Assembly: GCA_040285745.1 (NCBI GenBank) | Contig: JAUFOR010000008.1 | Span: 1,178,001-1,242,000, forward strand | DNA: 64,000 nucleotides | From: Barthelona sp. PCE | Taxonomy: Eukaryota | Direction of reading: 5' to 3' | In this document: piece after piece, positions 27,001 through 36,371 of the stretch | Layout of the letters: each line of letters starts with the position of its first letter | Position numbering within the stretch: position 1 is the stretch's first letter | Translations under genes and position numbers: made by a program | Notes under the pieces: model-generated | Databases searched by the model: none | Told to the model about the DNA's origin: nothing | Seen by the model: only the letters and a program-made list of their open reading frames with translations

Positions 27001-28898
27001 AATGTCTGACAATCAATGTATGTAACAGCAGAACTTGTTGAGTTGAACACACAACGATAGGACAATGCTCTGTCGAAACCTGAACCGCGGATGTACACAT
27101 TCGCGGATGGGTTACGGGGGGCTGCGCGGGGTGAAACCCCAATAAAGCTCAGTTCATCTGTGACGAGAAGCTCCACCTGACGAGTAGCTGTTGCGTTACA
27201 ATCGTCAGTCGCCTTCACAACAAGTACACCAGCAGCACCACATGTCTTCGTCTCCGGGATGAAGACAACAGACCTGTTACGAACTTCTATTGAGTGATCT
27301 CCAATGTACGACCCAACATAAACATTAAGAGCCTGTGAAGGATCATCGGAAATTATGATAGGAAGCGTAAACTCATCGCCATAGGGTACGTTGATATGGT
27401 CTGTTACTGCGAACGTCGGCTTCTTGTTCGCAATAGTGACTTGCACTCTTGATGGGCCATACTCGTTTGATAGATGTTTTATGATGAATGTGAATTCATC
27501 AGAGACCTCACACGAGGCCAGCTGGTCGGGCGCTGTAATTGTAAGCACGAAAGGCTTACCGATCGTTCCACTGGGTGAAAGCGAAACGATTGATGGATGG
27601 CTCTCAATATGAACCTCAATCCCATCGAAATCGTAATTTTGGCCCAAGATAGAGACTTCAATCGACTCTGAGGTCTCTAATGCAACAGTAAGATTGCCCA
27701 ACAAGGTCTCTTCATCAAAGAAAAAGAAAGAAATGGGTGCAGACGCAGACATACCAACGTATAATAGAGCATCTTGCTTTCCCGTAACAGAACAACCGGC
27801 GCTGCTGAACTCCAACGTTTTGGGGCCAACAAGAGTTGCGGAGACCGTCTTATTACACAAAAGAATGGAGTATGTGTCACTGGGTGAAATCTCCTCGCTT
27901 ACTTCCACGTTAACTGTTTGATCGCTGAACGTTGGAACCGCGGTCGGTGACGCACCCTCAACGTGAAACGTTCTAACTGTGGCATATGTTGAAGACCATG
28001 AGACACCAGCATCTGTAGATACATATATCCTGATCTCATCATCATACACCTTCATAGGCAGCTTGCAGACAACGGTACTGACGTCTGGGTTCGATGTATT
28101 GACAAAAACAGCAGGTGTAATTAGGTAATCACCAACACGACAACGCAAATAGTCGCCGCGATCGGGGAGAAATGCGACGTCGACTGCGACATCAATTGTT
28201 CCAGCTTGGTAGGAAGTTGTTACTGGGATGTAGTCGTTCCTTGCTCCAATGATCTTCCAATACAAGAATTCACGTTTGAAACTGGTAACAACTCTATTTT
28301 GGATTTCAACCTCAAGAATGTGTCTTCCAGGAGTATACATCGTTGGAACAACGCACATGATCTCCGAAGAACTCATGAACACGCCTTCAACAGCAATGCT
28401 CGAAAAAATACACTTATATTCGACATGAAGAAAACCAATACCACCAATACGAACAATACCACCACCCATGAAGTCTGAGTCGGCGGGTGTGAGGCTGTAT
28501 AGCTCCACAATACCAACGTCAATTTGATTACGCCAAGAAATGCCGTTATCAAAAGTCAAGGAAAAATTATTAAGCCCAATTGGTAATTGATGAATGAAAG
28601 GGGTCGAGCACTCGATGTATGTGCTGTTTGAAACAATACATGATGAACGAGGAAGACCATTGAAAACACTAACGCCAAATCCACTGAGAACTTCACCTGT
28701 ATCGGTAAAATTCTCTCCTTTAACAATAAGAACGATGCCGAATTCTCGTGGAAATACCTGTGGAAATATAGAATATATCACAGGACCTCCTGTAGAGTTC
28801 AGACTGTAAACATCAAGATCACCATTAGTTTCAATATCAACGTTTCCCGCGAATGCAAGGCACAAAAAAGCCAACAAAACAAGCCAAAAATGCTGCAT
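24060..28898 (-). CDS. Large type I surface protein with IPT/TIG, cadherin-like/Ig and LamG-like domains
   Basis: Signal peptide MQHFWLVLLAFLCLAFA. Repeated IPT motifs (P..G...GGT.VT.RGTG). DATDGDGD and NDAPVAHD...NATDVDNDPL repeats. LamG-like HGHIYEFRVW. C-terminal TM followed by RRRH. Confidence 0.85.
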   Translation of the reverse strand: MQHFWLVLLAFLCLAFAGNVDIETNGDLDVYSLNSTGGPVIYSIFPQVFPREFGIVLIVKGENFTDTGEVLSGFGVSVFNGLPRSSCIVSNSTYIECSTPFIHQLPIGLNNFSLTFDNGISWRNQIDVGIVELYSLTPADSDFMGGGIVRIGGIGFLHVEYKCIFSSIAVEGVFMSSSEIMCVVPTMYTPGRHILEVEIQNRVVTSFKREFLYWKIIGARNDYIPVTTSYQAGTIDVAVDVAFLPDRGDYLRCRVGDYLITPAVFVNTSNPDVSTVVCKLPMKVYDDEIRIYVSTDAGVSWSSTYATVRTFHVEGASPTAVPTFSDQTVNVEVSEEISPSDTYSILLCNKTVSATLVGPKTLEFSSAGCSVTGKQDALLYVGMSASAPISFFFFDEETLLGNLTVALETSESIEVSILGQNYDFDGIEVHIESHPSIVSLSPSGTIGKPFVLTITAPDQLASCEVSDEFTFIIKHLSNEYGPSRVQVTIANKKPTFAVTDHINVPYGDEFTLPIIISDDPSQALNVYVGSYIGDHSIEVRNRSVVFIPETKTCGAAGVLVVKATDDCNATATRQVELLVTDELSFIGVSPRAAPRNPSANVYIRGSGFDRALSYRCVFNSTSSAVTYIDCQTLSCASPEGVVPGTYYISVEVSDGEESISYGVPGAFSIFRSEQMIPAEGLTVGGTSVTVRGTGYPEDTPCIKIGDVSVDGVVHSSSELAFVSPPLDMGYHPFTVSFDGCDVFEYTKLVFLAEFKPTSSDTSVTVQKNTNTTICHDECVSQDGRLVILSLPEVGSLVDDGNPINAVPVTLPGCCVLYRSPSGTEDTDTEFKYRIVVNNEHSEDAATVIAIRNMPPVINPTTIIATIGECVDVTVDATDGDGDRVGIFSAKPSIGTLDITDFLSFSLCIHETVSCGEMVGVVDVIVTDGRNESLQVALPINVVAASSGETELTASPTMTTLGTIVVAIKSTTGFSVDRAYRCSMNSSYSTAEYIDCYTIKCAVVFAHSGVHTVSVSHGGVFDGSVEIKAGMIESISDTTVSTFRDTVLSITASEEYKYLIVGCEAYDLIRVGDGYTAVVGPTASPAFIALADAPVCVTKASVIVDIEPILPPPVEYTLRCDSNHYHTVPITPGSEAYTISLKVSVDDKHGTMALFSYGKFCKLASTTNGFTVFVNSEGTSDGRVGLAFYDMEDGCVVELSESVIDFDEAVWISLVVADGKAQVLVDGDPVIEAPFAVKLPLTSLMIGSTLDSSSQRVMSLHGHIYEFRVWQKQLSPRVSKIGHDRDVTLDEGLVYLMRPIDSDVDSIVPLKGSGATVCHPECEIGVQFVFERSATFEEDKLSELQLVRALAQTQYTAPSVTITRLPMGTVYTTAMDEVQSAPYIISDPSSKIKYLAPKDVHGFEIDSMDFIIHEENQSTETISFKFTILPLNDAPVAHDGEALVSVKSSTRITLNATDVDNDPLVYVLERGPNTGRVYHMSVDFVIGEEIRSYPVELSSPNIVYEALDSGAYEVDTWLQTIVFTASDGSASSAAGTVDINVVRLMITKESFFEKYVGLGLFLLIVVLVVGFTLFMRRRHSRIDKIDNQDANRPDTSPSIHNDEVTLPEMMKSP

Positions 28899-29191
28899 TA
28901 AAAGCAAAAGGGAACAAAAAGAAATATCATGTTTATTCCCTGTTTTAAGTTTAAAACTGTCTTTTTGAGGGGTTCATGGGTGTGTAAAATAGCTGTGATA
29001 TCCTGAAATTAAAAACAGACTTCAAGAAACGGTACCTGGGTTGAGATTATTGTGGTCTGTTCTTGAGCTGTCTAACCACACAGGTCCATCATTGTAACCG
29101 TGTACCATCAGCAACTATTTTATGTGAACAAGCATTGTACCAACTGGTCTTTCCATTTTTGTCTCCTTTCAGTTGTTATCCCTCACATAGA

Positions 29192-30220
29192 ATGTCTCAA
29201 GACATTCAAAAAGATGCAGATACAACAAGTAATGGACTTTCTATACACTTAGAACCCGTTTCCGATATTGGTGAAAAAATTCTTGCAACTAAACCAAAGA
29301 GAACAGGTTTTTGGTGGTTCATTCTGCCCCATCTGGCCATTATATCAGTTGAAGTTATGTATCTTGGCGAAAACGCCATAGTATTGAACTCTACCATTGA
29401 CGAGTTCCAGCTCGCATTTCTCAGCGCACTACTTGCCATACCGCTGTTGTACATGTTCGCAAAACTCACAAAGGCGCCCAAAAAGGTTCTTAAACGGAAA
29501 GAAACGTATTGGTTAGTATTTGCAGGGATTCTTAACGTTTCAGTCATTCAAGTTTGTCTATTCATGGCTGTCAGATACGCCAAATCACTGACGTTGGTGG
29601 GTGTTCTACTTCCCGCAACGACCCCGTTCACCTGCTTCATTTCGTGGATAGTTGGCCCACAAAAACCTTCTGACAATCCTGTGAAAGCCACTGGCCTTGC
29701 CATTGCTATCGTGGGTGTTGCCATCAGTATTTTCTACAAGCCCCTAGTATCAGATTCGATCCTTGCCATTTTATGTATGATTGGTGTGACACTGGGTTTT
29801 GCTATCTACATATTAATTCAGTCATATCTGGTTAAAACTTGTGGTATGAACTCGAACTGGATGTGCTTTTATATTTATCTGTATGGAGTTCCCCCATTGT
29901 TTATATTTATGCTCTTCAGAACACATTTATGGAATTTTAGAATTTCCTATATGGGACCAATTCTTTACAACAGTGTTGTTATTGCATTCCTCAGCACCCT
30001 GGTTTACGCATGGGGGAACGTTAATGTGCAGGGTGGAACTGAAATAACAGCTTTGTATGTTATGGTAGCTCCCATCATACATGCTCTCTATGATTTCTTA
30101 TTCATTGATGCACAGTTGGAACTGCTGTTTGCACTAGGCGTTATTTTTATGTTCACAGGTTTTGTTGTCAGTATCATTGGATCAAACAAGGATAAACTGA
30201 AACATAATGTCTGTCAGTAG
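29192..30220 (+). CDS. EamA/DMT superfamily transporter
   Basis: About 10 TM segments. LLPATTPFTCFISW and ALYVMVAPI resemble the two EamA repeats. Confidence 0.8.
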   Translation: MSQDIQKDADTTSNGLSIHLEPVSDIGEKILATKPKRTGFWWFILPHLAIISVEVMYLGENAIVLNSTIDEFQLAFLSALLAIPLLYMFAKLTKAPKKVLKRKETYWLVFAGILNVSVIQVCLFMAVRYAKSLTLVGVLLPATTPFTCFISWIVGPQKPSDNPVKATGLAIAIVGVAISIFYKPLVSDSILAILCMIGVTLGFAIYILIQSYLVKTCGMNSNWMCFYIYLYGVPPLFIFMLFRTHLWNFRISYMGPILYNSVVIAFLSTLVYAWGNVNVQGGTEITALYVMVAPIIHALYDFLFIDAQLELLFALGVIFMFTGFVVSIIGSNKDKLKHNVCQ

Positions 30221-30247
30221 CTATATAAGAGGACTTTTGCATTGATT

Positions 30248-32080
30248 TTAAATATTATCATAAACATCAAATGTTCCGAAAGTTCCGAAAGAGAAGGATT
30301 GGGAGACGTTACATTGTGATAAAAACTCTATCAAGTCAATGATGTTCTCATCTAGAGAAAATGAACAATTCTTCATATCAAAAGTCAAAACATTAATTTT
30401 TAATTGCGTTTTGTTAATCTCAGTTGCTGCAATTGCAACATATGGTTTGGGAGAATACAGAACCCTGTATAAAGAGGGAACTACTAGTGTATCAACACCA
30501 TTGTTGAACAAAAAGGCAATATTATCAGCTAACAAGATACCTTTCTCAATAAAACGTAATTTTCCTCCGCACTCAATGTCAACACGCTTCAATTGCTTCA
30601 ATTCCTCGCTGTATCGCATTACGTGACTGGTTCTGCCCAATTGAACAACACATTCATTTGAACAATAGGGATTACAAACGAGTTTGCTGACCCTCCTTTC
30701 GAAAACAAAATGCTTTTTTTCAATAATTTCACCAGTCTCGTAGTCCAATGCTGTCCTTACCAGACAAGAACCGTTAAAGACATACCAAAGAGAATCGCCA
30801 ACTATTGTGAGTCTTTCCACATCACCCAATATTTCATAACCATTAACAATATTTGTTCTTTCACCTTCTTCCACATGTGTATAGCTGAGAGAGAAATGAC
30901 GATTATTGAATGATATACCGTAGTAATCAACACATTCAGGTATTTCATAACTTGCAATTATGTTACTATCAGAATTGGAAGTGGTATGAAAGTCAAATTG
31001 ATTAAGAGAACTTGTTAAGTAACCAATCTCCCATTTTCGAGTTTCAGAGTTGAAATACTTGTATGCTTTTTGCAATTCATCATTACACTCTTTGGAAGTA
31101 TGCAACAGTATTACTGATTCATCAATGTAGTTAAACACTATTGGAACAACATTTAACCGACGTATCTTACTTGAAAAAAATAATGATAATGGTAGAGAAC
31201 CTAAAACAGTAAAGCAATTCACACATCTTTTGCTAAGTTCAAAAAAACCAGTTCGGCCACTTTCTTCTTCATACTCAATGCAACAAATCTCATTGTTTAA
31301 CAGCACAAAGTCCCAAGCCTTGCAGTACACATCAGTAAAACGAAGAGCATCACTGCTACTGGGAACAACTGTTCCTAAAACGCGAACGATTTCGCTACAA
31401 TTTTTTGGCAAATCATATGATAGAGCACGTTTTGTTTGCACACCATCTACAACCGTACATGTGAATAAATCATTGTTTTCTTTAAATATAAAATGGCTGT
31501 CACCTGGTGTACGATCCAGAGCAATTGCATTAAGGGAATGAAGTGGATGATCATCCGTAAGAAACGGTAATCCGTCATCTGTGAATGAGAACATCGATAT
31601 ACCAATCATTTCACGTCGAAGATACACAATATTATCTTGTGAAATATACTGAAAATCAGAAAAAATATCTCCCTCAGAATAAACAAGCTTGTTCGTATCT
31701 AAATCAATAATCTCCAGGAATAAGTCGAAATCTACTGAATTTTCATGAACTAAAAATCGTTCATTTAACAAAACTCCGTACGAAAAGTGAAATGTTAGTT
31801 TAACTTGTTTAAGAAAATTAAACTCACCATTATTGAATTCAAAAAGCTCAATCATTGATGTACAGTCGTTACAGTGAATGATTCGGTAAAAAATAGAGAG
31901 TTGTAACAAGGACGGTCTTAAAACATCATATTTCCTTCCATCTGGAACGTTTTGGCAATTAATTTGTGGCCCTTCGACAATTGTTTTATCGTTTTTCTCA
32001 ATTATTGACAATGATTTTGTATTTAGCTGTGCAGTAAACAATTGTATGACTATTCCCCAACGATGAAAATGCAAAATCAT
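30248..32080 (-). CDS. Hypothetical beta-strand-rich protein
   Basis: About 610 aa, AT-rich, short alternating hydrophobic strands (possible divergent propeller). Start uncertain. Confidence 0.65.
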   Translation of the reverse strand: MILHFHRWGIVIQLFTAQLNTKSLSIIEKNDKTIVEGPQINCQNVPDGRKYDVLRPSLLQLSIFYRIIHCNDCTSMIELFEFNNGEFNFLKQVKLTFHFSYGVLLNERFLVHENSVDFDLFLEIIDLDTNKLVYSEGDIFSDFQYISQDNIVYLRREMIGISMFSFTDDGLPFLTDDHPLHSLNAIALDRTPGDSHFIFKENNDLFTCTVVDGVQTKRALSYDLPKNCSEIVRVLGTVVPSSSDALRFTDVYCKAWDFVLLNNEICCIEYEEESGRTGFFELSKRCVNCFTVLGSLPLSLFFSSKIRRLNVVPIVFNYIDESVILLHTSKECNDELQKAYKYFNSETRKWEIGYLTSSLNQFDFHTTSNSDSNIIASYEIPECVDYYGISFNNRHFSLSYTHVEEGERTNIVNGYEILGDVERLTIVGDSLWYVFNGSCLVRTALDYETGEIIEKKHFVFERRVSKLVCNPYCSNECVVQLGRTSHVMRYSEELKQLKRVDIECGGKLRFIEKGILLADNIAFLFNNGVDTLVVPSLYRVLYSPKPYVAIAATEINKTQLKINVLTFDMKNCSFSLDENIIDLIEFLSQCNVSQSFSFGTFGTFDVYDNI

Positions 32081-32460
32081 TCGTGATTCTGGGGATCCTG
32101 CGAGGCATTCTCTCCAGTAGACTGCTTTAAAAGCAAAAACAATGAAATAGGTATGATTGCAAAAAACGAAATGTTCACATGAAACATAGGTATAACACAC
32201 ATGCGTATAAAAACAATTTGTAATTTAGCAGAGTTTCAGCCATAATATCACCCAATATCATAAGTATTGCAAAAATACTAATACATCAACTAATGTTTAC
32301 ATAAACTCTTTTTCAAGCAGATACTATCGCGTGTATCTGTTACAGAGAGCTAGTGAACAGAAAAATTTAAACATATCACATATGGCAGCTCTACAACTTG
32401 TTTTTCTAATTCAACCCTTTTCAAAGTATTATTGCTCATTTCCATCCGCATACATACACG

Positions 32461-35127
32461 ATGATTGACGGGTTAACAGCATTATTATACAGCGAAGACG
32501 TCGACATGGCTCTTGAGCTCATCAGTAGTTCTGACATTGTTCTCCAACATTCTTACGCAATGGCAGAGCACTTGGACAAGCTCATTGAACTGTTCAACGG
32601 AACATTTGACCAGAGTATGAGACAGAAGTTAGCTCTGATCATTTCCCAAATTTATTTCGCTCTGTCACAGTATCACACAGCGGTTGAGTACGCCCTTGAG
32701 TCTGGAGCGTCTCTCAAGGAACTGGAGCAGGAAGAGAACCTCAACAACAAGCAAAAACTCTATCTACAAACCGTTTTAGGGTATTCTATTGATCTCTTCA
32801 TCAAAGAGAAGAACACCAGCGACACCGTCGACCCTCTACTCAACGGTATGGTTGACAACATGTTCCTGGAGGTGCTTGAAGCAGGTCGTCACGAGAGTGC
32901 TATCGGTCTTGGTCTTGAATGCCGTGATGCCAAATATTTGGTTCGCGTATTCAATTCTGTTAGCGATGACATTGAGAACATAAGATCCCTTGTACACTAC
33001 GTCATTGAGGCCATCCAGTTGTTGGATTGCGACCAAGATTTCCGAAATGAAGTCCTTGTACTCTGCATCGAGAAATTGTTTGAGCTCATCATGATTGACC
33101 CAATTCCACAGGACATCCTCATGTGTGGCGCCATCTACACAGATGTCCGCGACCTTGAAGGCATTGTTGCGCTTTTGGAGATTGTTTATGATACTCATCC
33201 AGCTGCAGGCGTTCAATTATGTTGGAACACAATCGAGACTGCACCCTTTAAGTGGTGTATCTCCATCGTTGAGAAGCTTGATCCTGCTATTCACGGTCTT
33301 TACGTTGATGTTCTGAGTGGCACACTGAATCAAGAAATCAAGATTATATCTCTACATTCCATCAAGAAGACTGATTTTAATATTCTCAAGTACATTCAGA
33401 AGGGTGCTCGATCCAAGAGCCTGACAAAGACTGGTCTCTTCTACACTATTAGTTTGATGAGCGCTGGTACTACAATTGATAGTTATCTGCGACGCAACAC
33501 TGCTCTCATGACATCCGCCAAGGAGTACGAGAAGACATGTGCATACGCAGCTTTGGGTGTCATCCACATTAATCACGTTACGCACGGTCGTGATATCATT
33601 AAGAACTTCTTGGAAAACCCGGGTTCCAGTATCAAGGATCCTTATCGCTTTGCCGGTGCGCTCTTTGCGTTTGGACTCATATACAATGAGCTCAAGGATG
33701 TTGAGCAAGAGCAGTACCTTTTCGATGTCATGGATAAGCTGACCGGTCCTGAAGACAAAATGAACGTTGTCAGATATGGTGGATGTATGGCACTGGGTCT
33801 TCTCGGTATGGGCCTTGCTAATGAGGCATACACCACCATCCTTCAGCCTCTTCTAAACTCCACAGACTCTCTTGTTGGCCAGATGGCTGCTGTGAGTTTG
33901 GGTATGTGTTGTTTTGGTCTGGGTATTGGCCGTAAGACAAAGGTTCTCTTTGAGCAGGTGAAACTTCTCTGTGAGACATCGCAACAGGAGAAGGTTGCGC
34001 GTGGTTGCGCTATTGCTATTTCTCTCATACTACAGGGAACCGAACGCCTACACATGCCTCTTATTGAGGAGCTAGCTGCTAGCAAATACGCCGTTGTGCG
34101 CTATGCTGCTGTTCTTGCTCTGGGTACTGCATTTGTGGGTACTGGTAACGGAGAGGTACTCCAAAAGCTGCTTGAGATTGCAGTGTCAGATCTCTCAGAC
34201 GATGTAAGACGCCAAGCACCAATCTCCATTGGTCTTGTGCTTTGTCGCGAACCCCATCTGATCCCTGACCTGGTTGCCCTTCTGGGCTATAGCCACAACG
34301 CTCACGTCCGTGCCGGTGTTGCCCTTGCACTCGGTTACACCCTCGCTGGAACAGGAAGTAAGGCAGCCCTCAAGATTTTACTTCCTCTCACAAAAGATTT
34401 AGAAAATTTTGTGAGGCAGCATGCACTCATCGGTACAGCTCTTGTTTTACAGGCCACCAATAAGAACCAGGACTTCTTTGATGAGCTCATTGGTATTCTC
34501 AAGAACGAAATCGAGCACAGACTCGTCAAGTTCGGTGCTTGTGTAGCACTCGGTTTGTTAAATGCTGGTGGTTGCAACTCTGTTTTCTCAATGGTGAAGG
34601 AGACCAACTTGAAGCGCAACATCATTGGCTCATCAGTGATGGCATGCGTTGTATCCAGTCAGTTCTATTACTGGCATCAATTCCTTTATCTGATGCCCAT
34701 AGCATTCGTTCCCAACGTATACACCCCATTGCTTTACTCTGATGAGACCATTCGAAGCGATGTTTCCGTTAAGATGCAGCTACATTGTTCAAGACCTGAA
34801 TCTGAATTTGCATACCGTAAAGAATTCGTTGAAGACGTTAAAGCAGTCAAACTCAACATCAAGAAGAGCTCACTCTCTGTCGAGGGTCGTGTTGCCAACA
34901 GAAAATTGCATGTTGCAAAGATTGACGACGAACCCCAGGAGATGGAGGATGTTAAAGAAGAAGAAGAAGAGGAGAAACCGGAACCTTTAGAGTACAATGT
35001 TACTGCACCTTGTCGTATTACTGTTGAACAGAGTAAGTATATCACAACTGATGTTGACGAAAAATACGTTCCAGTAGACCGCACCAAGAAGGTTGGTATC
35101 GTTATTGTGACAGAATTTAACCAATAA
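32461..35127 (+). CDS. RPN2: 26S proteasome regulatory subunit Rpn2/PSMD1
   Basis: PC repeats, AVSDLSDDVRRQA, SHNAHVRAG, FVRQHALI, KFGACVALGLLNAGGCN and QFYYW. Confidence 0.96.
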   Translation: MIDGLTALLYSEDVDMALELISSSDIVLQHSYAMAEHLDKLIELFNGTFDQSMRQKLALIISQIYFALSQYHTAVEYALESGASLKELEQEENLNNKQKLYLQTVLGYSIDLFIKEKNTSDTVDPLLNGMVDNMFLEVLEAGRHESAIGLGLECRDAKYLVRVFNSVSDDIENIRSLVHYVIEAIQLLDCDQDFRNEVLVLCIEKLFELIMIDPIPQDILMCGAIYTDVRDLEGIVALLEIVYDTHPAAGVQLCWNTIETAPFKWCISIVEKLDPAIHGLYVDVLSGTLNQEIKIISLHSIKKTDFNILKYIQKGARSKSLTKTGLFYTISLMSAGTTIDSYLRRNTALMTSAKEYEKTCAYAALGVIHINHVTHGRDIIKNFLENPGSSIKDPYRFAGALFAFGLIYNELKDVEQEQYLFDVMDKLTGPEDKMNVVRYGGCMALGLLGMGLANEAYTTILQPLLNSTDSLVGQMAAVSLGMCCFGLGIGRKTKVLFEQVKLLCETSQQEKVARGCAIAISLILQGTERLHMPLIEELAASKYAVVRYAAVLALGTAFVGTGNGEVLQKLLEIAVSDLSDDVRRQAPISIGLVLCREPHLIPDLVALLGYSHNAHVRAGVALALGYTLAGTGSKAALKILLPLTKDLENFVRQHALIGTALVLQATNKNQDFFDELIGILKNEIEHRLVKFGACVALGLLNAGGCNSVFSMVKETNLKRNIIGSSVMACVVSSQFYYWHQFLYLMPIAFVPNVYTPLLYSDETIRSDVSVKMQLHCSRPESEFAYRKEFVEDVKAVKLNIKKSSLSVEGRVANRKLHVAKIDDEPQEMEDVKEEEEEEKPEPLEYNVTAPCRITVEQSKYITTDVDEKYVPVDRTKKVGIVIVTEFNQ

Positions 35128-35180
35128 AGCTGTTTGTTTTTTTAAAAGGGTTTTCTAGCATTATTTTTCAACAAAAAAAG

Positions 35181-35963
35181 ATGCAAGAAGCAATTGAGGG
35201 GTACTTTTCGCATATAAAAGAAGTAGAAAGGCCTAAATGTGCCGTTATTGGGGGTTGTGAACTTTATACAGGTGCACCACACTTTGCTGCCCAGACAGCT
35301 GCGCTTCTGGGTGCCGATGTCGCTGTTTTTTGCTCAAAGGGGTCTGCTCGATCAATCAGGAGCTATAGTCTTGACTACACTATCAAACCCATACTTGGTA
35401 TGGACAGTATTGTTGAAACCGACACTTGGCAAGAAGAGCTGAACGGATTTACCAGTGTTCTTATTGGGTGTGGTCTCTCTCGCGAGAATTCATATTTTCA
35501 AAGTGCTTTAAATGCAATTGTTGCCTGTCAAAACTTAAAAATATGCTGTATAGTTGATGCTGATGCTCTATACGCATTAGATATGCTAGACTCTGACATT
35601 TTTGTGACAAACACTATCTTGACTCCCAATCACAGAGAATTTGATATGTTGATAGAGAAACAGAAATTCCCTTCTTGTGTCACTTTATTAAGGAAAGGAA
35701 GGGTTGATGCAGCATATAATGGAGAATTTGATCTGATTAGAGAATTTGCAACTGAATATCGAAGTCCACGTCGCTGTGGTGGACAGGGGGATGTTTTAGG
35801 CGGGTTTTTACTTGCTTTTTCAACTTATTTCACAAATGATGTTGTATTTTTATTGGAAATAGCAGCTAATTACACTAGAAAAGCTGTATGTAATGCTTTT
35901 CGTCAAAACAGGAGAAAACTTACTGGTATGAAGATCCTTGAGTTCATACAAACGATTGTATAA
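35181..35963 (+). CDS. NAXD: ATP-dependent NAD(P)H-hydrate dehydratase (YjeF_C)
   Basis: VIGGCELYTGAPHFAA, IGCGL, VDADAL, LTPNHREF and RRCGGQGDVLGG. Confidence 0.93.
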   Translation: MQEAIEGYFSHIKEVERPKCAVIGGCELYTGAPHFAAQTAALLGADVAVFCSKGSARSIRSYSLDYTIKPILGMDSIVETDTWQEELNGFTSVLIGCGLSRENSYFQSALNAIVACQNLKICCIVDADALYALDMLDSDIFVTNTILTPNHREFDMLIEKQKFPSCVTLLRKGRVDAAYNGEFDLIREFATEYRSPRRCGGQGDVLGGFLLAFSTYFTNDVVFLLEIAANYTRKAVCNAFRQNRRKLTGMKILEFIQTIV

Positions 35964-36371
35964 CAGTTAGTATATTGACCAATTTTTTTTTCATGATTTA
36001 CCCTTCGCATCATCCTCAAAAGTACATAAGTTAGTAATTATCCCCTTGCTTTAGTTCCCTTGAGTTTCATTCCACTGTATATAATCACATCTGCTTTTGT
36101 ATGATATAAACATTGTTAAGTTATTTCAGTTTTTATATAAAAAATCCAGCTTAATCCCTGTAATATAGGCTTCATTGGAAAGTATCCTGTTAATTATCGA
36201 TAGATACTTACTCAGTCAACATCTTGGGTTGCGATTTTTCAAAACCCATAATCCAAAGCATAAACTATAATAAACATTCATGAAACGTAGAATTAATGCG
36301 ATTGACGCTCAATAAAAAACTATATAATCTGTTGTGGGTTTATTCTTCCTTTTCCAGCACACTTTTTTAAG

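Noticed and set aside
29073-29084. CTAACCACACAG, resembling a Giardia-type 3' splice site upstream of the EamA gene (possible trans-splicing acceptor)
   Set aside because: Spacing is one nucleotide longer than the consensus, there is no good donor nearby, and the transporter looks complete from ATG 29192.
36204-36250. ATACTTAC followed by a TGGGTT/AACCCA hairpin, resembling the U1 snRNA 5' end
   Set aside because: No U1-70K or U1A loop motifs and no convincing Sm site.
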